A stretch of DNA of 32,000 nt, from the NCBI RefSeq assembly GCF_000619845.1, contig NZ_JHUX01000003.1:1450064-1482063 (forward strand), given 5' to 3'. This stretch comes from Alkanindiges illinoisensis DSM 15370. Its GTDB lineage: Bacteria; Pseudomonadota; Gammaproteobacteria; Pseudomonadales; Moraxellaceae. The notes under the pieces are model-generated. The model saw only the letters and a list, made by a program, of their open reading frames with translations, was not told where the DNA came from and made no database searches. The translations under genes were made by a program, and so were the position numbers. This document shows positions 9,750 through 16,632 of the stretch, piece by piece (position 1 is the stretch's first letter; every line of letters begins with the position of its first letter).

Positions 9750-9792
9750 AAATCCAAACCCACATAAAAACCCACATAAAATTTTTGGATTT
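9750..9792. repeat. Tandem 12-mer (acccacataaaa x2) bracketed by a 9-bp inverted repeat, at the tRNA-proximal island edge
   Basis: The tandem copies are at 9758-9769 and 9770-9781. The flanking inverted repeat pairs aaatccaaa (9750-9758) with tttggattt (9784-9792). Confidence 0.7.
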
Positions 9793-10070
9793 AGAGCTTC
9801 TATACACTCTTCAAATAAGCTGTTCATACTTCTACTCATTATTTAAAAGCAAATTACTTATATATCCTGATATTACTATTCATCAATGTGGATAGAATTA
9901 TAAAACTGTCCCTTACGATGAGCATTAATTGAGGTATTCAACCACGTACCTTGCACTGCTAAAGTCTTACCATGATGTATTGATCAGTGCTTAATCATTT
10001 AATTCACACATATAACTAATCTATTGATTTTTTAATCAAAATAGCAATTATTTAGTCATGGAATGAATAA

Positions 10071-10733
10071 ATGTATTCAGAACTTTCTGAACGTCTAGAT
10101 CAACTAACCCTCCTACTAGAAGATTATCTTAAGGAATATTTTCCAAAAGAAGATTTCGCTCAAAAAATAAGTAAAATTCATCCTGATAAGTTTCCAGAAA
10201 CACGTCTAGACAACGCTGTTAGACGTTACTTCTATAGTGGTAAAAAGAACCTTCCCCTTACAGATGTTTTCTGGTGTTTTTCATATCTCCAAATTACTTT
10301 AGCCCGTCAGGCGCTAAGTGAAGGAAGATCATTACGGGAAATAGAAGAATTTATAGAAAAAGCTGAGATGTGGTTTGAATCCCAAAAGCAAAGTTCCTTT
10401 ATGAAAAAAGACTTTTCAGTCTTAGGTAATGCCGCTAAAAAGAAGCGCCACACATTGATAAAAGAAAAAATTGAAGAATTATTATTGAAAGAAAATCCAC
10501 CATATCAATGGAAAACAGCAACGGAAGCTGCTAGATCAATTGCGGAAGAAATACTTAGTTATGATCAAATCCTTAAAAGAGAAGCTAATGAAGATTATTT
10601 AAATAAAAAACCATATTCCAGTTTTACAAAAATGGGTCTAGTGGAATCGAATATTATCCGATTTATAAGTAAATCAATTAATGAAAATCTCGAATTAAGG
10701 CAGCAAATAATAAAACCAAAAAAGCAAAAATGA
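10071..10733 (+). CDS. Hypothetical protein (220 aa, Lys/Glu-rich, AT-rich gene) occupying the position where an island integrase is expected
   Basis: A clean 220-codon ORF in an AT-rich block. I recognise no motif in it. Confidence 0.6.
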   Translation: MYSELSERLDQLTLLLEDYLKEYFPKEDFAQKISKIHPDKFPETRLDNAVRRYFYSGKKNLPLTDVFWCFSYLQITLARQALSEGRSLREIEEFIEKAEMWFESQKQSSFMKKDFSVLGNAAKKKRHTLIKEKIEELLLKENPPYQWKTATEAARSIAEEILSYDQILKREANEDYLNKKPYSSFTKMGLVESNIIRFISKSINENLELRQQIIKPKKQK

Positions 10734-10884
10734 TTTCTCCCTATTAAAATTTTAACCAACTAAGACATTGAAATATAATTAATTTTTTATGTATTTTTTT
10801 ACATACGGGTGGAGGCCAGCAGCCTTGGGGATTTTGTTCTAAAGTTTATTCGTTGTTTAACGTTCACTACCGAGGATAAACTTT

Positions 10885-11136
10885 ATGTCTAATATCTCCA
10901 CTACTTCAGGGTCTTTCATTCCCCGAATTGTGCGAATCAAAACCGTTATGCAGATGACAGGCCTATCGCGTTCCAGTATTTACGAAAAAATTAACCCTAA
11001 ATCATCCTATTTCGAGTTGCACTTCCCTCGCCCAATAAGTCTTGGATCATCAGCAATCGGCTGGGTTGAACATGAGGTACAGGCATGGATCAACCAGCGT
11101 ATCCAGGATCGCCAAACCCGGGAGGACTGCGCATGA
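10885..11136 (+). CDS. alpA: AlpA-family phage/island transcriptional regulator (excisionase-like helix-turn-helix)
   Basis: IVRIKTVMQMTGLSRSSIYEKI...FPRPISLG..AIGWVEHEVQAWI fits the AlpA helix-turn-helix pattern (l.eV...tGlSrstiY...FP.p..lG.r...W...ev..Wi). Confidence 0.8.
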   Translation: MSNISTTSGSFIPRIVRIKTVMQMTGLSRSSIYEKINPKSSYFELHFPRPISLGSSAIGWVEHEVQAWINQRIQDRQTREDCA

Positions 11137-11471
11137 AATTCCCGGTCTTTCCAACGCTAACTTCGTATATAGCCGTCTCTGCAAAACTCCCGCCCTGTGC
11201 GGGGGCTTTGGCCAACATCTGTCGTGGCTGTCGCATGGCCTCTATCTGCTTATTTATATTATTAATAATAACCCAAAGGGTTCAAGCCATCTCCCCTGCA
11301 CTGGTTTTCAAACCAGGGCAACAGGCTAGTACGGTCACTGGAATACCCGATTCTCTTTTAGATGCAATGAAGTTTCATGTTCTACATTCAATAGGCCAGT
11401 GCAGTAAAATATTACAGCAGTGCCTGATGCTATGGAACCCAACTCAGTGTCTAGGAGGTCAACATGGTTAA
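11133..11471 (+). CDS. Possible Cys-rich 112-aa ORF translationally coupled on both sides; doubtful
   Basis: Its ATG overlaps the alpA stop as ATGA at 11133-11136, and its 3' end overlaps the next gene's ATG (11464) by 8 nt. It has no recognisable motif and contains a GC hairpin (cccgc cctgt gcggg). Confidence 0.3.
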   Translation: MKFPVFPTLTSYIAVSAKLPPCAGALANICRGCRMASICLFILLIITQRVQAISPALVFKPGQQASTVTGIPDSLLDAMKFHVLHSIGQCSKILQQCLMLWNPTQCLGGQHG

Positions 11472-12546
11472 GGTTAAGGACAAGGCTAAGGACAAAACTA
11501 CCGTATTTGATTCGATTACGCCAAGGCAACTGGCGGTCAGCATGCAGCTGGAAGCCAAGACCCTGATTTATTCAGACGATGACCTGCCACGCTGCGACAA
11601 GGTAAATATCCCGAATGCCGACAACCACGTCCTGTTACTCGAAGTAGCCAATGCTGTTGAGCTATTCTTGAGTACCGACCGGCTGGCCTATGAGACACGC
11701 CCGAATGGGCAGTGTCTTAAGAACCAGTGGTTTAACCGGCTGACTACCCGGCTGGATCACTTGCTTCAGGCACCGCACGAGAAGTATATCTGCTGCCCGG
11801 CCATCCATGCATTTTTCCATGCGGCCGAACAGGCAGGCCTGATTTCATTGACCGCATCAGACCCGGAGACAGTGAACCGCTTTGTCGATTATGTCCGTAA
11901 GGCCATGTCCAGTAAGGCGATTGATGATGCGTACAGAAATCTCATCCGTAGGTCAGAGGATAACTTTGACAGCGCCAACCTGCTGATTGATACGCTGTTT
12001 GCACGCTATGCACGCCTGCTGGTGATCCGTGTAGACCTGCATTACCAGCAGCAGTTTGCCAAGGCGGTTACCCTGAAGCAGGTCAAGGCTGACCTAAAAA
12101 GGATGGCCAATAACGCGCGTTCCAATAAGCGTATCTTTGGCGGACTGGTGGGCCGGATTTTCTGCATTGAGTATGGCGAACTGACCGGTATTCATGCCCA
12201 TTGTATTTTTTTCTTTGATGGTTCATTGCGCCAGAAAGATGCTGCCATTGCCGAGCAGATTGGCCAGTACTGGGCCACCACCATAACGCATGGCAAAGGC
12301 CGCTATTACAACTGTCATCGTTCCAGGAACAAGTACAAGCGCTTGTGCATTGGCCGCATTGAATATGATGATCATGCCAAGCGTGAAACATTGACCACGT
12401 GTGTGGCCTATATCACCAAGGTTGAGCAGTTCCTGGTGTACCGCGAGTTTGAAGGGGATCGTGCATTTATGCGAAGCGAGTTACCGCCTATCCCTGAAAT
12501 AAAACCTGGCAGGCCAAGAGCCGATATGCCGCCCAAGGCAGCCTAG
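11464..12546 (+). CDS. YagK/YfjJ-family protein (inovirus gpII-like), with HUH-like and YxxK-like motifs
   Basis: Strong Shine-Dalgarno (aggaggtcaacATG). LLVIRVDLHY, then GIHAHCIFFFDG (HAH at 12193-12201), then VAYITK (Y at 12409-12411). The order and spacing match the YfjJ/YagK C-terminal domain as I recall it. Confidence 0.8.
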   Translation: MVKVKDKAKDKTTVFDSITPRQLAVSMQLEAKTLIYSDDDLPRCDKVNIPNADNHVLLLEVANAVELFLSTDRLAYETRPNGQCLKNQWFNRLTTRLDHLLQAPHEKYICCPAIHAFFHAAEQAGLISLTASDPETVNRFVDYVRKAMSSKAIDDAYRNLIRRSEDNFDSANLLIDTLFARYARLLVIRVDLHYQQQFAKAVTLKQVKADLKRMANNARSNKRIFGGLVGRIFCIEYGELTGIHAHCIFFFDGSLRQKDAAIAEQIGQYWATTITHGKGRYYNCHRSRNKYKRLCIGRIEYDDHAKRETLTTCVAYITKVEQFLVYREFEGDRAFMRSELPPIPEIKPGRPRADMPPKAA

Positions 12547-12719
12547 GCTCACTGACACCTGGCACCACACCCAACCTTAATCTTAATGGCAAATTGCCGC
12601 TATCTGCCGGGACTGGCCGAACCTTGCCTGAATTTCACTGCCATCAGCTTTATGGACGGTGGCTGGCACAGGTTTAGCCTCCCCAGCCAGGTAGAACAAA
12701 CCAAATACTGGAGTACCTG

Positions 12720-13748
12720 ATGAATATCATCGCCAACCAAAACCAGCTGGACCACCTGTGTGCCGCCCTGATTGATAGCGTCACCCCAAGCCCAGTTATG
12801 CCGCCTGAGGGGGTGCGCTATGTGTGCAATAACCTGCTGGCGATCCACCAGCTTACCCTAAGGATTGCCCGCAGCACTAAATATCCATTTACCTGGCCAC
12901 CGTTAAAGTCACTCCGGCCCGTACAGGACTTCCAGCCCCGGATTAGCCCGCTGGGCAGTGATTTTATGAACCTGGTCAGGCAGCTTAACCCTGATCATTT
13001 GTACCGGCTGTTTCCCCGGCATCAATTCCATCCCCTGATCCATCTGTTTATCGACAAGATGAACCAGTACCAGCTGTGGGGACGCCCGCTGGATCACCTG
13101 ATGAACATGGGTGTCGTTATTAACCGCTGCTTTGATGATATCTCAAAGACCGCTTTTAAAAAGGAATTTGAAAAGCAGTGTGAGCAGTGGCTTGACCCAC
13201 TGCAAACCCGGCACTGTGATTTTACCAACCACACCGAGAAGCTGCTTAAAGCCCAGTCACAATACCTTGTCTCACGGCTGGAGCTGGGTTATGGCAATAG
13301 CCATGACCAGCAGGGTATCCATGCCACCCTGATGCAACAGCACTGGCAGCAGCTGGTGGACCGGTTAACACAGGAGCTATCACCCGATGGGTTGCTTGCC
13401 GCGTTCTGGTTACCGGACTGGATTGCAGGCTATGGCTACCGTTATTCCTTAATGCTCATCACCAGTCCAATGCTTAACCCAGACTCACTGGTGGCCAGCC
13501 GGGATCGTGTCATGACCTACTGGACGAATATAGCCAGACCCTATGGCACCGGTATCATCCAGGGGGCATACCCATTGCCCTATCGCCATGCTGGCTGTGG
13601 ACTGGTTGAGCGTGGCGACAAGCACAAGAAACAGCAGGTAGAGCTGGCCAGGACCTATATGACCAAAGCCCACTACCTGGTCAGGCCAGCCATTGCAGGG
13701 GGCTTTGGTTTTATCAGTGTCCTGGATACCGATACTAATCCCAGATAA
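12720..13748 (+). CDS. Divergent second YagK/YfjJ-like paralog lacking the His-x-His motif
   Basis: YLVSRLELGYG corresponds to LLVIRVDLHY. GYGYRYSLMLI (13428-13460) sits at the place of GIHAHCIFFF. TYMTK (13656-13667) corresponds to AYITK. A ggag Shine-Dalgarno motif precedes the ATG. Confidence 0.55.
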   Translation: MNIIANQNQLDHLCAALIDSVTPSPVMPPEGVRYVCNNLLAIHQLTLRIARSTKYPFTWPPLKSLRPVQDFQPRISPLGSDFMNLVRQLNPDHLYRLFPRHQFHPLIHLFIDKMNQYQLWGRPLDHLMNMGVVINRCFDDISKTAFKKEFEKQCEQWLDPLQTRHCDFTNHTEKLLKAQSQYLVSRLELGYGNSHDQQGIHATLMQQHWQQLVDRLTQELSPDGLLAAFWLPDWIAGYGYRYSLMLITSPMLNPDSLVASRDRVMTYWTNIARPYGTGIIQGAYPLPYRHAGCGLVERGDKHKKQQVELARTYMTKAHYLVRPAIAGGFGFISVLDTDTNPR

Positions 13749-13773
13749 TCCACATTGATGAGATAATGAGACT

Positions 13774-13803
13774 AACAGGTTGCCATGCGCAGCCTGTTTT
13801 TTT
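13774..13803 (+). terminator. Rho-independent terminator ending the alpA-yfjJ block
   Basis: A 10-bp stem pairs aacaggttgc with gcagcctgtt (one G-U pair) around a 5-nt loop, followed by a run of 7 T. Confidence 0.7.
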
Positions 13804-13931
13804 AGGCATCACTGAACTGTGATCAAAAATGCATCTGAAATTATGACAACTTCAAGGAACAGGCACATCCCAAGGAATTCTGGTTTTTTACCCTAGCTTA
13901 TACAGTGATTATTGTACTGGGCAGTATTAAG

Positions 13932-13958
13932 ATAAAAAGCTGGGTATTTTGCCCAGCC
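13932..13958 (-). terminator. Rho-independent terminator, minus strand, after the 95-aa gene
   Basis: On the minus strand the sequence reads gctggg-caaaata-cccagc followed by ttttt. Confidence 0.6.
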
Positions 13959-13981
13959 TTCGTGTGTTAGCGTATCTGTGC

Positions 13982-14269
13982 TTAATCTGGGATCAAGAAG
14001 TTTACTCTATCTGACCTCACGAGACTTTCTACAGCTGCCTCAATATTTAGACGATTTACTATTTTCACCACAATTAAATTCTTTTCAATAAAAACATCTT
14101 GTTCAAGTAATTCATCATTAGCCTCCTGCACCAGTCTCACAGGATCATAAAAACTTAACGTATACATTTTATCGCATACAGTGATCGGAACAGGAAACCA
14201 ACCTTTGGCTTCGACCTCCCATTCATAATCACCAAAATCATCAGGTAGATTAACTGAGTAGCTCATCAT
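13982..14269 (-). CDS. Small acidic cytoplasmic protein (95 aa), candidate immunity or antitoxin partner of the upstream 86-aa ORF
   Basis: An aaggaa Shine-Dalgarno motif lies 6 nt before the ATG, 10 nt after the upstream stop. The protein is acidic with no signal peptide, and the gene is AT-rich. Confidence 0.55.
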   Translation of the reverse strand: MMSYSVNLPDDFGDYEWEVEAKGWFPVPITVCDKMYTLSFYDPVRLVQEANDELLEQDVFIEKNLIVVKIVNRLNIEAAVESLVRSDRVNFLIPD

Positions 14270-14279
14270 AGTCGTTCCT

Positions 14280-14540
14280 TTACTTTATACATTTTATTTT
14301 CCCATATGCCTTAATATATTGCTGAGGAGTAAGATTTGCTCCTGGCTTAGGTGTTATTTCAAAATGCCGTGGATCGGCACCTCGTTGATAAATACGTAAA
14401 GAACTTGAAATAGAACCTTGATCTATTTTATGGGTGTAAATCCTCTCGCAGAAACACTTGCGCGCATTATCAACAAAAGATATTGTTATAGAACAGTCCA
14501 CCACTCTGCTACCGCTCCGTCTTGCGCTATGGCTCATCAT
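14280..14540 (-). CDS. Small basic protein (86 aa), candidate orphan toxin C-terminal fragment
   Basis: The ORF opens only 4 codons after an in-frame stop, and no Shine-Dalgarno motif is visible. It is basic and Cys-containing and is tightly followed by the acidic 95-aa ORF. Confidence 0.45.
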   Translation of the reverse strand: MMSHSARRSGSRVVDCSITISFVDNARKCFCERIYTHKIDQGSISSSLRIYQRGADPRHFEITPKPGANLTPQQYIKAYGKIKCIK

Positions 14541-14697
14541 TAGTACTGTCGATCAGGCTACGAGGCGCATAACTGTCGCATGATGTTAACATACAGGGCA
14601 CAAGCACAACGGAGAGATACTTAGATGCCTATAGGTGGTAGAATTAGAAGAGTATAGCGATGAAGGTAAAAAGCCAGACAAATGTCCAGCCTTCTCA

Positions 14698-15159
14698 TTA
14701 TTTAAGACTGTTGATAATTTTATCAGCCTCTTGCGCATCACTCTCATCATTTTTGTTGTACCAGAAATGCACATAGCTAGGCCATCCATTTTTACTATAC
14801 TTAGTCACGTCTACATAAACTTGTGCACAGTAAGCCATCTCGCACTTCCATTTCTTACCATCAACTTGACTGAAATTAGGAAGTGTAATTTGCTGATAAG
14901 GAGGAGCATTTGATCCTTCTTTATTTGGGAAATTTCCAACAAAGATACCTAAAATAGCTTTTTGGTCGGCGTTTAAGACATCATATAAAATAAAGTCCCC
15001 ACCATTATCTTTCTTTATTATCGTAGTATCATTGGGCAGCTCAATGACTCTGCCTCCCTCTAATTTATAAATACTTGTCATTGCCGATGGCTGAGCATAA
15101 GTCATGCAACCAGCCATGCTCATGCTCATGACGCTCCAAGCCAAATATCTTGAGATCAT
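14698..15159 (-). CDS. Lipoprotein (about 153 aa), candidate immunity protein for the upstream metallopeptidase-like ORF
   Basis: The preferred start is ATG at 15159 (MISRYLAWSVMSMSMAGC, a lipobox-like MAGC). A gagagga Shine-Dalgarno motif is present. The ATG lies 1 nt after the upstream TAA. Confidence 0.7.
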   Translation of the reverse strand: MISRYLAWSVMSMSMAGCMTYAQPSAMTSIYKLEGGRVIELPNDTTIIKKDNGGDFILYDVLNADQKAILGIFVGNFPNKEGSNAPPYQQITLPNFSQVDGKKWKCEMAYCAQVYVDVTKYSKNGWPSYVHFWYNKNDESDAQEADKIINSLK

Positions 15160-15160
15160 T

Positions 15161-15625
15161 TTAGAATCCTCTCGCAAGAACAAGACTACTCATCAATTGG
15201 CTGTTCCAATCCAGATTTAATGAACCATATTGAATAGCGTTATTACTTGTTTCCGGGAATAATGGCTGGAAGTTCATAAATGAAGTTGTTCCTGATTCCA
15301 TAATTTGATAAATGTTCCGGAAATCTACCGCTCCACCTGCACTTGAAGCCATAATATTTCCCTCCCAACCCTGTAAAGGTACAGATGGGTTCGTAAAGCG
15401 ATCATACTTCTCTTCATTAATACCCATCATATGCCCCGCCTCATGTGCAGCAACACTGCTGCTACTTCCTGAAAACCATGTTCCTTGGTTATAAGGTGAC
15501 GTATTCAAAATATTTGATCTATCAGATTGTGTCATAGGCCCGTATGGCACATTAACATTGTTCATATTGCCATTGGATACAGAAGCATGTACTTGATAGC
15601 TTCCAAAAGAGGGATACATTACCAA
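15161..15625 (-). CDS. Zincin-like metallopeptidase domain protein (HExxH), probably an N-terminally truncated toxin domain
   Basis: AAHEAGHMMG is encoded at 15431-15445 on the plus-strand complement. Only a TTG (15625) or an ATG (15619) start is available, without a Shine-Dalgarno motif. The frame stays open upstream only to 15664, where the composition switches. Confidence 0.6.
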   Translation of the reverse strand: MVMYPSFGSYQVHASVSNGNMNNVNVPYGPMTQSDRSNILNTSPYNQGTWFSGSSSSVAAHEAGHMMGINEEKYDRFTNPSVPLQGWEGNIMASSAGGAVDFRNIYQIMESGTTSFMNFQPLFPETSNNAIQYGSLNLDWNSQLMSSLVLARGF

Positions 15626-15663
15626 TGCACTGGTAAAATCACCCTGAAAAGCAGCTGGACATT

Positions 15664-15692
15664 TTTATACAAGTTAACGTCAAGTTATTGAA
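15664..15692 (-). promoter_or_regulatory. Possible sigma70 promoter for the minus-strand metallopeptidase/lipoprotein pair
   Basis: The minus strand reads TTCAAT-N17-TATAAA. This is a by-eye match only. Confidence 0.3.
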
Positions 15693-15887
15693 AGAACTTA
15701 CGAATTCGACGCCATTATTGTTCTGGTATTGTGGACTGGTGACCCAAGTCTAGCCATGCGTTTCATCATAACAAAACAGCTGTACCCAGACAAATTCATC
15801 TGTTTTTTACCAGACCCCTGCTAAGCAATTGACGGGGCTTTCATTCGTGATTATGCTTGGCAGGCTGGCCTACATTGCCAGTCGGTT

Positions 15888-16024
15888 TTGACAGACCGTA
15901 CATATAGCGCGTAATTCTTCCGGCTTATGCTGGTGTATTACGTGTGCCTTTCTCGCACCCCTCTGCGGTGGAACGGGAGGGGACGCGTTCGCGCGTGCTG
16001 GTTTCTATATGTCCAGTCTGTCAA
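15888..16024 (+). repeat. 137-bp structured element closed by a 20-bp imperfect inverted repeat, with inner GC-rich hairpins
   Basis: The arms ttgacagaccgtacatatag (15888-15907) and ctatatgtccagtctgtcaa (16005-16024) pair at 18 of 20 positions. Inner hairpins are 15908-15915/15937-15944; cccctc/gagggg at 15958-15963/15977-15982; and acgcg-ttcg-cgcgt at 15983-15996 (UUCG-type tetraloop). TTGACA-N16-cgTAAT lies at 15888-15915. Confidence 0.7.
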
Positions 16025-16032
16025 CCCCTTTC

Positions 16033-16077
16033 GTTCTGCCACCCATCATTTGACAGTGATCTGGCAGAACTTCTAAT
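16033..16077 (+). promoter_or_regulatory. Perfect 9-bp hairpin/operator enclosing a sigma70-like promoter (TTGACA-N16-TCTAAT)
   Basis: gttctgcca (16033-16041) pairs with tggcagaac (16062-16070). TTGACA at 16050-16055 sits in the loop and TCTAAT is at 16072-16077. It points into the plus-strand operon that follows. Confidence 0.45.
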
Positions 16078-16093
16078 CATATAGGATTCAGCC

Positions 16094-16207
16094 ATGACGA
16101 TTATTACCCCTGCCCTTTTATTGCCTGTTCAGGCCTCTGTTGCACTCCCTAAATCTAGGTTTCCAGACACTCCCCTGCTTCCTGTTCAGTATCCAGCGTT
16201 TCCCTAA
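16094..16207 (+). CDS. Possible 37-aa Pro/Leu-rich micro-ORF (doubtful)
   Basis: ATG at 16094 is preceded by agga. The product is MTIITPALLLPVQASVALPKSRFPDTPLLPVQYPAFP. It contains the 9-nt direct repeat cctgttcag at 16124 and 16181, which could be binding sites rather than coding sequence. Confidence 0.2.
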   Translation: MTIITPALLLPVQASVALPKSRFPDTPLLPVQYPAFP

Positions 16208-16356
16208 CAGCCTTAGCCATTTTTAATCCAGTGCACTTGACCTTAGCAGTTCAGGTGGGACGGGTTATGCATATACATGCGCGCTGCTTTATGAATGGCT
16301 ATGCCTGATACCCAAGTAAACCAAGAACGAGATAGACAAGAAATACAGGGGACCCC

Positions 16357-16614
16357 ATGAACCATTTCACCTCCATAGTGCTGCTCTCTGCCATGCTCGG
16401 CCTATCGGCATGCTCCAGTAGCCCCAGGGACCAGTTTGTTCAGGGTTGCCATGCGGATGGCGGCCCCAGCAAGTCGGTCTGCAAGTGTGCCTATGACAAG
16501 CTTGAGCAGCATTACTCAGCTGACTTGATGCAAAAGATGAGTACCGGCCAGATGCAGTTCCCGGAAGACTTCCTAAATGTCATGCAGCGTGCTGCCATGC
16601 AGTGCCAGGCTTAA
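16357..16614 (+). CDS. Small Cys-containing lipoprotein (85 aa)
   Basis: Signal peptide with lipobox: MNHFTSIVLLSAMLGLSAC. The mature part has four further Cys residues. Confidence 0.7.
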   Translation: MNHFTSIVLLSAMLGLSACSSSPRDQFVQGCHADGGPSKSVCKCAYDKLEQHYSADLMQKMSTGQMQFPEDFLNVMQRAAMQCQA

Positions 16615-16632
16615 CCGGGGACAGGATACCGC

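Noticed and set aside
14280-14540. ADP-ribosyltransferase reading of the 86-aa ORF (ERIY ... SISSS ... HFEIT, taken as an R/STS/ExE triad)
   Set aside because: The three elements are only about 15-20 residues apart, far tighter than in real R-S-E ADP-ribosyltransferases, and the last is ExT rather than ExE. It is most likely coincidental.
14586-14913. Track ORFs 14586..14789(-) and 14635..14913(+)
   Set aside because: They overlap the better-supported lipoprotein gene 14698..15159 or its downstream spacer. They have no Shine-Dalgarno motif and odd composition.
15888-16024. Reading the inverted-repeat-closed structured element as a retron msr/msd
   Set aside because: Retron ncRNAs are flanked by inverted repeats, but they are followed directly by a reverse transcriptase gene. 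No RT-like ORF (no YxDD-containing frame) exists anywhere nearby.
15888-16024. Reading the 137-bp element as a MITE with 20-bp terminal inverted repeats
   Set aside because: The flanks (..gtcggtt | cccctttc..) show no target-site duplication, and I saw no second copy in the window. It is not fully excluded, and a genome-wide copy search would decide.
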